The notes under the pieces: model-generated | The model's database searches: none | What the model saw: only the letters and a program-made list of their open reading frames with translations | Told to the model about the DNA's origin: nothing | Shown: positions 19,224 to 27,925 of the stretch, piece after piece | Layout of the letters: each line of letters begins with the position of its first letter | How positions within the stretch are numbered: the stretch's first letter is position 1 | Origin: Crocinitomicaceae bacterium | GTDB lineage: Bacteria > Bacteroidota > Bacteroidia > Flavobacteriales_D > Crocinitomicaceae | Assembly (NCBI GenBank): GCA_029247685.1 | Contig: JAQWKT010000013.1 | Coordinates: 10,048 to 74,047 of the forward strand | Length of the DNA: 64,000 bases | Direction of reading: 5' to 3' | Program-made: the position numbers and the translations under genes

Positions 19224-22049
19224 CTATGCTTTAGGTGAAAACCTTTTTTTAGCAGTAGATCCAAACACAAATCCACAACCTAGAAATAGCAGAATAGATC
19301 CAATTAAAGAGATAGTGCTTGCGGTATAAAAGGTTTGTGGCTCAAACCTCCATTCAATTTTGTGTTTTCCAGCTGGAATAATAGCGCCACGTAAAACATA
19401 ATTAGCTCGAAAGGTTTCCACTTTTTTGCCATCTACATAACAATTCCATCCATCTGGATAATAAATTTCACTAAAGATTGCAGGAAGAGCAGATTTTGAA
19501 ACCGAAGAATAAGAGATTTTATTGGTTCCATAGGATGTCATGTATATTGAATCTTGTGGATCTTTTACCCAAGAAGATTTTTTAATTTGAGAAGAAGGAA
19601 CAACTGCTTCCTTTTTAAGATCAATTTCTTTAAGCGCAAGCATTTCTTTATTTGCCGAACCGACAGGTTTTAACTTTTCGACAAACCAACAATTCCCATT
19701 TTTATTGGTGTTTTCTACTGGGTCAATCTCCTTATTTGTAACGACATATTTGGTATTTAACATGTTTAATACAGGTGTTGTTGCTTTTATGTTTTTAACA
19801 GCGATGGTGTCGTAGATAAACTGCATTTCCTTTTTTTGTTGCTCTTCGGGTAAAGATCTAAGAGAGGCAAGTTTAGTACTCATGCGATACATATTAAGAA
19901 GATTGTTTTTTTCTTTTCCTATCTGTTGTGAGATCAATTGTATTTCATTAGAAATATAAAACTCGATAAGTTCTTGGTATCGTTTTAGTTTAGCACCATG
20001 GTAGCCACCGATGCTTTTATGGTAATAACTGGTATTAGACTCGTTAAAAGGATTATTTAAGTGTAAGACTCTATAATTAGAGTTAAGGTTTAACGTTCCA
20101 AAATCAGCAAGGTTTTTAAGGTCCTCTTCATCTTCCATTAAATTATAGGGTTCATTGTTCACCATTTTGCTTTTCAAATCCGTGCTCTTTTTATTAAATG
20201 CAGAAATGTTTTTCTTTTCCTTATTAAGGACAAAAAAGTCTGCTTTTTTGGGTAGACCGGGTGTTGCTCCGAGAGAGGATTCAGTGTATTTTTCATATCC
20301 ACCCTCTTCGTTTTCTTTGTTGCTCAAATATCGCTTACAAACCGAAAAGTTATCTCCCAAAACTGCGATTAAAGCAATCCCGATTAGAACATGTTTTGAC
20401 ACCTTAAAATACAGGGTGGACAAAATAATTCCGCAAGCAATAAAACATAAAAAAACAAATCGTCCAGCATCTGCTTTAAAAAGTTCTTTTCTAGCGCTTA
20501 TTACCTCTTTTTTTATTCCTTTAATGTATTCAACCTGTTGAGAGTTATCTTTTGATTTTTTTATTTCCTCATTAAACATTTTCCCTTCTTCTTTTTTCAT
20601 AAAAGAACCCGAAAGACCCGGAGAGAGATAAAGAGTCATTCCAAAAACTAGCAACAAACCACTTGTTATAAGAAGAGGTTTTTTCTTTACAGATAGAGCT
20701 TTTGGCATAAAAAAGGATTTTTTTTCTACTTCTAAATTTTCTTGTGTTGGTTTTGGAAAGAAAAAACGATCTAAAAATAGCACGCCAAGCGCAGGAACCA
20801 TAAATTGCAGAAGCACTAAAATCATTTTAGAGTCTCTAAATTTTCCGTATAAAGGAAAATGCTTAATAAAAAAATCATTTGTGGTGTCAGCCTCTTTTAA
20901 AGAAAGCGTTAAGCAAAGCAAGGTAATTGCAAGAAAAGCCCATTTTACAGGATCTTTGTAAAACAGAAATCCAAAAAAACAGAAAACAAACATGACGGCT
21001 CCAAAATAAAAAGCTCCACCACTCATTCTTTGCCCTCCCCAATATCTATCCATTTGTGACACTTGTTCCACATAATCTTCATCGACGTTTTCCATTGCTT
21101 TTTCATCGGAACCCAAGTAGTCGTTATTTCCGCCTCTTGCGTTTGGAATCAAAAGAGAAAGCAATTCTCCTTTTCCATAATTATATTCAAGTATATAGTC
21201 TTTGTTAAGGCCTTTTTGAGAGTTTTTATCTTTTGTTTTCTTATTTGGTTCTATAGTAAGCTCTGTTTTTCCTCGTGTAGTATGTTTGCTATACTCAAGC
21301 GTAGAGGTAAGGTTGGTTAGATTAGGAAGAATGGCCAAAACCACCCCAATTAATAGAAAAGCAATCGTTTTCCCTAACGTTTTAAACTCTTTAAAAACAA
21401 GAAGACGAACCGCTTCTCCAATACCAACAGCAACTAATAACCATGCAAGGTAATAGGTCATTTGAAAGTGATTTGCCATGAGGTTTAAGCCAAGAAATAA
21501 ACTAAAAACTGTTGCGCCAAGCAATAGATGTTTTCGGAAGGCCAGAATAAGCCCTCCAACTGTTGGAGCAATATATGCCACCGCATTCATTTTGGTGGTA
21601 TGTCCAGCACCAATATAAAGAACATGAATCGTTGAAAAGCCATATCCAATTGCTCCCAATATACCAATCCAAGGATTTACTCCAACGCAAAGTGCAAAAA
21701 TGTAAAAGCCAAGCATGGTGGTAAATAAAATAGCAACTGGTTTTGGAAGCCCCATTTTGATAGTTTGATCAATGTAGGATAGCCAGTTGTTTTTGTTTAC
21801 TACCGAAATTTGATAAGCAGGCATCCCTCCAAACATGGAATTTGTCCATAATGGTTCTTCTTCATTGGTAGTTCTATAGTGATCTATTTCTCTAGACATT
21901 CCTTGAAATTTTCCTGAATCGGCTTGATCTAAAGAATAATTATTAAATACTGGAGAAAAATAGATAGAGGATAAAATAGCAAACGATACAATTGCAACGA
22001 AATGTGGCAAAAGCGGTTTTATTTTTTTTAGAATAATTTTTGAATCCAT
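19224..22049 (-). CDS. YfhO family GT-C membrane glycosyltransferase
   Basis: WTNSMFGGMP.Y, GH.TK, NH.QMTYY, SIGGYHGAKL.RYQE, FSEIYYP.GW, RANYVLR; many TM helices. Confidence 0.9.
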   Translation of the reverse strand: MDSKIILKKIKPLLPHFVAIVSFAILSSIYFSPVFNNYSLDQADSGKFQGMSREIDHYRTTNEEEPLWTNSMFGGMPAYQISVVNKNNWLSYIDQTIKMGLPKPVAILFTTMLGFYIFALCVGVNPWIGILGAIGYGFSTIHVLYIGAGHTTKMNAVAYIAPTVGGLILAFRKHLLLGATVFSLFLGLNLMANHFQMTYYLAWLLVAVGIGEAVRLLVFKEFKTLGKTIAFLLIGVVLAILPNLTNLTSTLEYSKHTTRGKTELTIEPNKKTKDKNSQKGLNKDYILEYNYGKGELLSLLIPNARGGNNDYLGSDEKAMENVDEDYVEQVSQMDRYWGGQRMSGGAFYFGAVMFVFCFFGFLFYKDPVKWAFLAITLLCLTLSLKEADTTNDFFIKHFPLYGKFRDSKMILVLLQFMVPALGVLFLDRFFFPKPTQENLEVEKKSFFMPKALSVKKKPLLITSGLLLVFGMTLYLSPGLSGSFMKKEEGKMFNEEIKKSKDNSQQVEYIKGIKKEVISARKELFKADAGRFVFLCFIACGIILSTLYFKVSKHVLIGIALIAVLGDNFSVCKRYLSNKENEEGGYEKYTESSLGATPGLPKKADFFVLNKEKKNISAFNKKSTDLKSKMVNNEPYNLMEDEEDLKNLADFGTLNLNSNYRVLHLNNPFNESNTSYYHKSIGGYHGAKLKRYQELIEFYISNEIQLISQQIGKEKNNLLNMYRMSTKLASLRSLPEEQQKKEMQFIYDTIAVKNIKATTPVLNMLNTKYVVTNKEIDPVENTNKNGNCWFVEKLKPVGSANKEMLALKEIDLKKEAVVPSSQIKKSSWVKDPQDSIYMTSYGTNKISYSSVSKSALPAIFSEIYYPDGWNCYVDGKKVETFRANYVLRGAIIPAGKHKIEWRFEPQTFYTASTISLIGSILLFLGCGFVFGSTAKKRFSPKA

Positions 22050-22138
22050 TTGGTGCACTTTATTATGTTGTAAAAATAAGGGTAAAAATCACAAAATAGA
22101 AAAGAATAAAAAAAACCGATTTTAAATGGAACAGCTTT

Positions 22139-22170
22139 AAAAAAAGAAAACCGGCAAAGCCAGTTTTCTT
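22139..22170 (-). terminator. Rho-independent terminator
   Basis: Minus-strand hairpin AAGAAAACTGGC-TTT-GCCGGTTTTCTT followed by a T run, about 26 nt past the 22197 stop. Confidence 0.75.
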
Positions 22171-22196
22171 GAAGGTTTATAGAAGAACAAAAAAAA

Positions 22197-22781
22197 TCAG
22201 ATTTTGCCTAAAATTTGTTGTTTTAATTTTTTACTAGCTGGTTTATCTCCAATCCAGATTCCAAACATTGCGCTTTTGAATGGACAAACTCCAAGTTTTT
22301 CAGATGGAATTTCTTTTATTACCCCTCGTTTTTCTTTGTTTTTGTAGAAAACAGTTCCTATCCCAGGCTTATAAACCATTATTATTTTATCGCCCTTTTT
22401 AAAGGGGTCGCTAAAAAATTTCATGAATTGATTTATATTTTGTGCGGTTGCTCCAGGAGATTTTTCAAATCCTTCTTTAACAGATTCTACAAACTTGTCA
22501 CGAGTAACTTTATTAGAAACAATTTCAATTTTCATGGCCATTTCTTCATCTGCAGTCATTATTTTTTTTGCATTCATGGAAGGGTTTCGAAGATACAGGC
22601 CAACCACGTAAAGATCAATGGTGTACTTTTCTCGAAGTCCACCACCATTTAGCGTGACTACTTTTTTGTTTATTTTCATGATGGTTGGAAATTCTACTCC
22701 AGCAATCGTTCTTTTTTGCGCTTCTGCATTATTAAGCATTCCAATAAAGAGGAAAGCAGCAAAGACATTAAATAATTTCAT
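22197..22781 (-). CDS. Chalcone isomerase-like family exported protein
   Basis: Signal peptide; LNGGGLREK..IDLYV..LYL, F..AMFGIWIG..PA...LK..ILG. Confidence 0.85.
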   Translation of the reverse strand: MKLFNVFAAFLFIGMLNNAEAQKRTIAGVEFPTIMKINKKVVTLNGGGLREKYTIDLYVVGLYLRNPSMNAKKIMTADEEMAMKIEIVSNKVTRDKFVESVKEGFEKSPGATAQNINQFMKFFSDPFKKGDKIIMVYKPGIGTVFYKNKEKRGVIKEIPSEKLGVCPFKSAMFGIWIGDKPASKKLKQQILGKI

Positions 22782-22850
22782 ATATATAATTTTATTAGTT
22801 ATTTTTGGATATAATCAAAATTTATTCCATAAACGTAAAAATAGTATATA

Positions 22851-23258
22851 ATGATTAAATTTCTAAACTTATTTGTTGTTTGTTGTGCATTAGCTTTTGC
22901 ATCATGCTCACAAACAGATGAAGCATCGTCTAATTCCACAAAAAATAAAAGTGCTAAAAAAGAATGTTCTAAAAAAGGCTGTTGCAAAGATAAAAACAAC
23001 AACTCTACTTCTTCTAAAACAGAATGTTCTTCCTCTAAAAAGAAGTGCTGTTCCTCTAAAACAGAATGTTCCTCCTCTAAAAAGAAATGCTGTAAAGACT
23101 CCTCTAAAAAGGGTAAATCTTGTTCGGAAGGTAGTGAAAAAAAGTGTTCCTCAGAAAAAGGGCATTCTCATGAAGAAGCAGGGCATCATCATGGAGCAGA
23201 CTCTAAAAAATGTTGTGGAGGAAAATCGGAGAAATGCTGTTCTTCTAAAAAGAACTAA
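22851..23258 (+). CDS. Cys/Lys/Ser/His-rich lipoprotein
   Basis: Lipoprotein signal (…LAFAS-C); 15 further Cys, many as CC pairs; His patch GHSHEEAGHHHG; fills the gap between flanking genes. Confidence 0.7.
   Translation: MIKFLNLFVVCCALAFASCSQTDEASSNSTKNKSAKKECSKKGCCKDKNNNSTSSKTECSSSKKKCCSSKTECSSSKKKCCKDSSKKGKSCSEGSEKKCSSEKGHSHEEAGHHHGADSKKCCGGKSEKCCSSKKN
23010..23093 (+). repeat. 42-bp tandem duplication encoding SSKTECSSSKKKCC twice
   Basis: Units 23010-23051 and 23052-23093 differ only at synonymous positions. Confidence 0.9.
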
Positions 23259-23671
23259 CAACTTTCGCTTTCTATATAAGATTGTAAAATAAGTGTAGCG
23301 CTTATTTTATCTACTAAAGATTTTTTTTGTTTTTGTTTTTTTGAGAGTCCCGATTGAGAAATTACTTGGCTTGCTATTTTGGAGGTAAATCTTTCGTCTA
23401 CAAGAACAACACTTTTGTCGGGAAATTTTTTTTCAAGAACTTTTTTTAACTCCAAAATATTTTCGCCAATTTCAAAAATGGTATTATTCAATCTTTTAGG
23501 AAAACCCAGTGCTATAAGGTCTATTTCCTCCTTCATGAAAAGAGACTGTAAATTTTCCATTAAACTCACTGATGGAATGGTTGATAAAGGAAAAGCAAAG
23601 GTTTTTGATGTATCGGAAATTGCTATTCCACTTCGCTTTAATCCAAAATCAATGGAAATAATCTTCCCCAT
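23255..23671 (-). CDS. ruvX: Holliday junction resolvase RuvX / pre-16S rRNA nuclease YqgF
   Basis: IDFGLKRSGIAISD, GFP, VDERFTS, VDKISA..ILQ.Y; ATG at 23671. Confidence 0.93.
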   Translation of the reverse strand: MGKIISIDFGLKRSGIAISDTSKTFAFPLSTIPSVSLMENLQSLFMKEEIDLIALGFPKRLNNTIFEIGENILELKKVLEKKFPDKSVVLVDERFTSKIASQVISQSGLSKKQKQKKSLVDKISATLILQSYIESESC

Positions 23672-23710
23672 CTTATAAAGATACATTTCATTTTTTAACA
23701 AGCAGATATT

Positions 23711-24067
23711 ATGAATCAAAATATAGGACTTTATGGAGAAAAAAAAGCAGGGGAATATTTGATAAATAATGGATATGAAGTATTACATACAAACTTTAAC
23801 TTTAATAGAAAAGAAATAGATATTATAGTACAAAAAGATCAATTTTTGATCGCTGTTGAGGTGAAAACACGTTCGCAAAACTCCATAATAGAACCTTGGC
23901 AAGCAGTGAATAAAAGAAAACAACAAAATATAATAGAGGCAATGAATGCTTATGTTAAAACAAATAAAAAGAACCTGTCGGTTAGGTTTGATGTCATATC
24001 CATAGTTATAAAAGAAGATAAATGTGTTTATAATCATATTAAAGATGCATTTTATCCAACATTTTAA
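23711..24067 (+). CDS. yraN: YraN family nuclease (UPF0102)
   Basis: G..GE..A..YL...GY, EIDII, VEVKTR, RFDVISI, HIKDAF. Confidence 0.92.
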   Translation: MNQNIGLYGEKKAGEYLINNGYEVLHTNFNFNRKEIDIIVQKDQFLIAVEVKTRSQNSIIEPWQAVNKRKQQNIIEAMNAYVKTNKKNLSVRFDVISIVIKEDKCVYNHIKDAFYPTF

Positions 24068-24084
24068 TTGGTGTTTTTTTAATA

Positions 24085-24092
24085 TATCTTTG
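24085..24092 (+). promoter_or_regulatory. -7 promoter element TATCTTTG
   Basis: TAnnTTTG match 17 nt before the 24110 ATG. Confidence 0.5.
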
Positions 24093-24109
24093 TCTTAATA
24101 TTTTATAAA

Positions 24110-24970
24110 ATGACTGCAGGAAGAAAGCCGACAAGATCGAATAGAAAAAACAATTCCCAATCCAATAAAAGCACAAAAAAAATAAGCTCAAGAGACAAAG
24201 GGAAATATATAGACTATAAAGACAAAAGAAAAAAAGGAGACCCTCTTCCTAGTTTTAGAGAAGATGCAATAAGGCTGAATAAGTTCCTTTCTAATGCAGG
24301 GATATGCTCTAGAAGAGAAGCGGATGTGCTTATTAAAACAGGGGTTGTTAAAATTAATGGCGAGGTAATAACGGAACTAGGATATAAAATAAAGCCTGGA
24401 GATAAAGTTCAATATGACGGTGAAACCATCAAAGGAGAAACAAAACGGTATGTACTTTTAAACAAACCCAAGGGATTTACCTCAAAACTAGACTCTACTC
24501 AGAAAAAAACGGTTTTTAGCTTAATAAAAAAAGCATCAAAAGAGCAACTTTATCCTGTATTTAAAATGGAAAAAGACACTACAGGTTTGTTGCTTTTTAC
24601 AAATGATGGAGACATGTATAAAAAGCTAAATCATCCAAGATATAAAGCAAAAAAAATATACCATGTAACATTAAATAAATCTTTTGCAAGAGAGGACTTA
24701 CAAAAGCTAACTTCAGGGGTTTCTTTAGATGATGGCACGACAAAGTGCATTTCTGCAGAATTTGTGGATGATGGGTCGGAAAACGAAATAGGAATAGAAA
24801 TAAGTACTGGAAAATCTCAAATAGCTAGTCGTCTTTTTGATGCTTTAGGATACAAAGTAATAAAACTAGATTGTGTTTCTTTTGCGGGGTTAAGTAAAAA
24901 AGATATGCCTAGAGGATATTACAGACATTTAACAGAAAAAGAAGTTTCTTTTTTAAAAATGTCACGATGA
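24110..24970 (+). CDS. RsuA/RluB family pseudouridine synthase homolog with S4 domain (catalytic motif degenerate)
   Basis: RLNKFLSNAGICSRREAD S4 domain, LLNKPKG, DTTGLLLFTNDG, K.YHV.L; GRLD replaced by FKME. Confidence 0.88.
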   Translation: MTAGRKPTRSNRKNNSQSNKSTKKISSRDKGKYIDYKDKRKKGDPLPSFREDAIRLNKFLSNAGICSRREADVLIKTGVVKINGEVITELGYKIKPGDKVQYDGETIKGETKRYVLLNKPKGFTSKLDSTQKKTVFSLIKKASKEQLYPVFKMEKDTTGLLLFTNDGDMYKKLNHPRYKAKKIYHVTLNKSFAREDLQKLTSGVSLDDGTTKCISAEFVDDGSENEIGIEISTGKSQIASRLFDALGYKVIKLDCVSFAGLSKKDMPRGYYRHLTEKEVSFLKMSR

Positions 24971-25758
24971 AGCCCCTTGTTTTTCTTTGTTTTTTATTCC
25001 TTGTTTTTTCTTGCTCGGATTATTCAAATAAAAAAGAATTAAAATCAATTTCAAATAGAAAGAGTAATTCCTTAAATACAGAATCACAAAAGAGCAAAGC
25101 GTTTATTGGCGAAAAAATTTCTGGAGAAGCATTGCCTCAAAAAACGCTCGATTGTTTTTATCCGATTGATACGATTGCTAAAATTTACGTTTATAGAGAT
25201 GTTGTAGGTGGATTAGAAGAGCAATTTCATCGAGTTCAGTCTTTAATTTCAGAAAAAGGAAATCATATAGTGGTTCAGGTTTATTCGTCTGACATACGTC
25301 TGCTAGAGACCCTTAACTACTTTTACCCTTCTCTAGAGATATATGATCACCTTGTAGCAAACAGAAAAAAAGAGAGCGCAAGAGCAGAGGTGTTTAAAAA
25401 TAAAATGTTTCCAAAAACAAATAAAGACAGCGCAGTTTTTGTGTCTCGTTTCCCAGGGCATTTAGACTCTACTGTGATTATAAAAAAAATTAAAAGAACC
25501 GTATTAGAAAACAATGAAGAAGAATTAGTTATACTAAAAACAAAAATTAAAATTTTGTCTTATTTGGATTCAATCTCTTATATTATTTTAAACCCATTTA
25601 CAAATAAACAAGAACCGATATCAGCGCAACAAATAACAAAATATGGAAAAGGAATAGGGCTTGTGGAATGGCATCTTCCAAATAAAAAGTCTTATTTTAG
25701 ATTAGAAAAAATTATTGAGGAGAAAGAGTGGCTTCAAATTAAAAACATAATGCAATGA
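24967..25758 (+). CDS. Hypothetical lipoprotein
   Basis: Lipobox …VFS-C; C-terminal YGKGIGLV motif; ATGA overlaps on both sides. Confidence 0.7.
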   Translation: MKPLVFLCFLFLVFSCSDYSNKKELKSISNRKSNSLNTESQKSKAFIGEKISGEALPQKTLDCFYPIDTIAKIYVYRDVVGGLEEQFHRVQSLISEKGNHIVVQVYSSDIRLLETLNYFYPSLEIYDHLVANRKKESARAEVFKNKMFPKTNKDSAVFVSRFPGHLDSTVIIKKIKRTVLENNEEELVILKTKIKILSYLDSISYIILNPFTNKQEPISAQQITKYGKGIGLVEWHLPNKKSYFRLEKIIEEKEWLQIKNIMQ

Positions 25759-26666
25759 GATTCTTTTTTTTATTACTAATGATTGGCATTTATGGAGGGG
25801 GTATTTCTCAAAAAAAATTCCCAGGAAAGAAAAGAAAAATCAAACTTCCTAAACCTATAAAAACAAAGCACTCCGCGGCTAAGGGTACCCTTTTTGCTTA
25901 TTGGGGATATAACAGAACGGCTTATTCTAAAAGCAACATAACCTTTGTGGGGCCAGGCTATAGTTTTAAAATGAAAGGCGCTCGTGCCCATGATAATCAA
26001 AGCCCATTTAGTTTCAAAACGTATTTTAATTTAGCTAAATTATCGGTTCCTCAATTTAATGCTAGAATTGGGTATAATTTCAAAAATCATTGGGCGGTAT
26101 CTCTAGGATATGATCATTTGAAATATATTTTTGCAGACAAAAACAATGTTTTGCTTTCTGGAAATATTACCCCAGGAATTGACAATGTAACAGGTTGGTC
26201 GGGTGTTTATAATCAAGCACCTATAATTACCGATAGAAACACTTTTCATTATGAAAACTCTAATGGCTTAAATTATATAAGGCTTCAGTTTTCAAGAATA
26301 GACCAATTGTTTAGTTTGGGAGTAAACAAATGGTTTGCTTTATCGACAACAGCGGGAGCCGGGACGGGGGTTCTTTTGTCTATTTCTGACTTTGATTTTG
26401 CAGGAAAAAAAGACACGCAAATAACCTCTTTGTCAGGTGTTGGTATTTCAACCCATGCAGGTTTTCGCTTGGAATTTTTTAAACATTTTTTTATTCAACC
26501 AAATGTTAGTGCTGGGTTTATGTATCAATCAAGAGCGAGAACAAGAAAAGAAGACATTGGAGCATATGCAACCCATCATTTTGGGTATTTAGAGGCAAAT
26601 TTAACCTTTGGAGGACTGTTTTATATAAAACCCGTTAATGGGTGTGACAAATGCCCTCAGTGGTAA
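25755..26666 (+). CDS. Hypothetical outer-membrane beta-barrel protein (conserved in Bacteroidota)
   Basis: Signal peptide; YWGYNR..YS.S.I.F.G..Y.F, PQFNARIGY, amphipathic strands; C-terminal CDKCPQW. Confidence 0.7.
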   Translation: MRFFFLLLMIGIYGGGISQKKFPGKKRKIKLPKPIKTKHSAAKGTLFAYWGYNRTAYSKSNITFVGPGYSFKMKGARAHDNQSPFSFKTYFNLAKLSVPQFNARIGYNFKNHWAVSLGYDHLKYIFADKNNVLLSGNITPGIDNVTGWSGVYNQAPIITDRNTFHYENSNGLNYIRLQFSRIDQLFSLGVNKWFALSTTAGAGTGVLLSISDFDFAGKKDTQITSLSGVGISTHAGFRLEFFKHFFIQPNVSAGFMYQSRARTRKEDIGAYATHHFGYLEANLTFGGLFYIKPVNGCDKCPQW

Positions 26667-26674
26667 AATAAATT

Positions 26675-27925
26675 ATGGAAAAAAGAAATATTCCTAAGTG
26701 GTTAAAAGACTTGCAAGAAAATTCTTGGGAGCTAGAGCTTCTGATTTCTGGTGGTGCCATTTTTACATTGTTTCAACTCACTGAATCTTTTATTTTATCA
26801 ATTGATAAATTTAAAATGATAAGCCCCGTACTTGGGACGGGTATTGTATTTGTTATAATTTCAATTGCACTAAAACTTTTAACGCTTGGCTTTATCGCTC
26901 ATTTGTGTTTAAGGGCTTATTGGCTAGCACTAGTTTGTATTAATTATGTATATCCTAACGGGATTAATTTAAATAAAATTAAGAGGACAAAACCATATAA
27001 AATAAAAGTGAAGGATGGAGATGACCTTCAAAAACAAATAACCACTGTAGATAAGTATTGCGGATCTGTAATTTTTATGTCCATCACTTCTGTTTTTGCA
27101 ATAGCAGGCATAATCTTCAGTTTTCTAATAATATTGTTGTTTTATTTTATTGGAGAAAACACATTAACACCAGAAAGTCAATTCAACTCGCTATTTTTTA
27201 CATTTCTGTTTATTGCTTATTTGACTTATTTATTAGACTTTCTATTCTTTGGGTTTTTAAGAAAAACCCCTTTCATCTCTTATTTAACTTATCCTTTGTT
27301 TCTTTTTTTTGATGCCATTTCATTTAGAAAAGCATATCAAAATTCTTTATGGATATTTACGACCAACATTAATAAAATAAAATTTGTTTGTGTTTTTATG
27401 TTGTATTTTTCTTTTTCCGTTTTATGGGCTTACTTTTCAATCGGCAAGGTATTAAGATGGGAGAATATATTTGATCAAAGAGAGTTTCTAAATCGCTTAT
27501 CAAAAAATGAATATATATCCTATAAATATTATATGGATGAATGGGGTGATTACGATTACATATTTCATGTTGGAATAAGCTCAAAAAAACAGCATACCAA
27601 TTTCATGGAAGTCTTTATAAGATATGACAGGTATTATGATGATCTTATACATGAAACATCAAAAACAGACTCATTGAAATCTTTTGATAAATTAATAAAG
27701 GTTAAGATTAACAATCAATCCATCGAGAACATTATATGGCACCCAACAATTAAAAAAGATAATTTTAGAGGAATTACGGCTTTGATTCCTATAAAGGAGT
27801 TCAGCGATGGGGAGTATGTTTTAAAAATAAAATCTTCTGTTTTATTGTACAATTCTTTTTTAGAGAAGGGGTGTAAAATTCCATTTTGGATAGATCGAGA
27901 CAATATTGAAGTAAATATTAAATAA
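26675..27925 (+). CDS. Hypothetical multi-pass membrane protein
   Basis: WL..LQENSWELELLISG start, about 6 TM helices, soluble C-terminal domain. Confidence 0.75.
   Translation: MEKRNIPKWLKDLQENSWELELLISGGAIFTLFQLTESFILSIDKFKMISPVLGTGIVFVIISIALKLLTLGFIAHLCLRAYWLALVCINYVYPNGINLNKIKRTKPYKIKVKDGDDLQKQITTVDKYCGSVIFMSITSVFAIAGIIFSFLIILLFYFIGENTLTPESQFNSLFFTFLFIAYLTYLLDFLFFGFLRKTPFISYLTYPLFLFFDAISFRKAYQNSLWIFTTNINKIKFVCVFMLYFSFSVLWAYFSIGKVLRWENIFDQREFLNRLSKNEYISYKYYMDEWGDYDYIFHVGISSKKQHTNFMEVFIRYDRYYDDLIHETSKTDSLKSFDKLIKVKINNQSIENIIWHPTIKKDNFRGITALIPIKEFSDGEYVLKIKSSVLLYNSFLEKGCKIPFWIDRDNIEVNIK

Noticed and set aside
22897..23292. Alternative overlapping 131-aa ORF (and 22799-23002 on the minus strand)
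   Set aside because: These are shadows of the low-complexity lipoprotein gene. The 22851 frame has a lipobox, and the repeat differences are synonymous in that frame.
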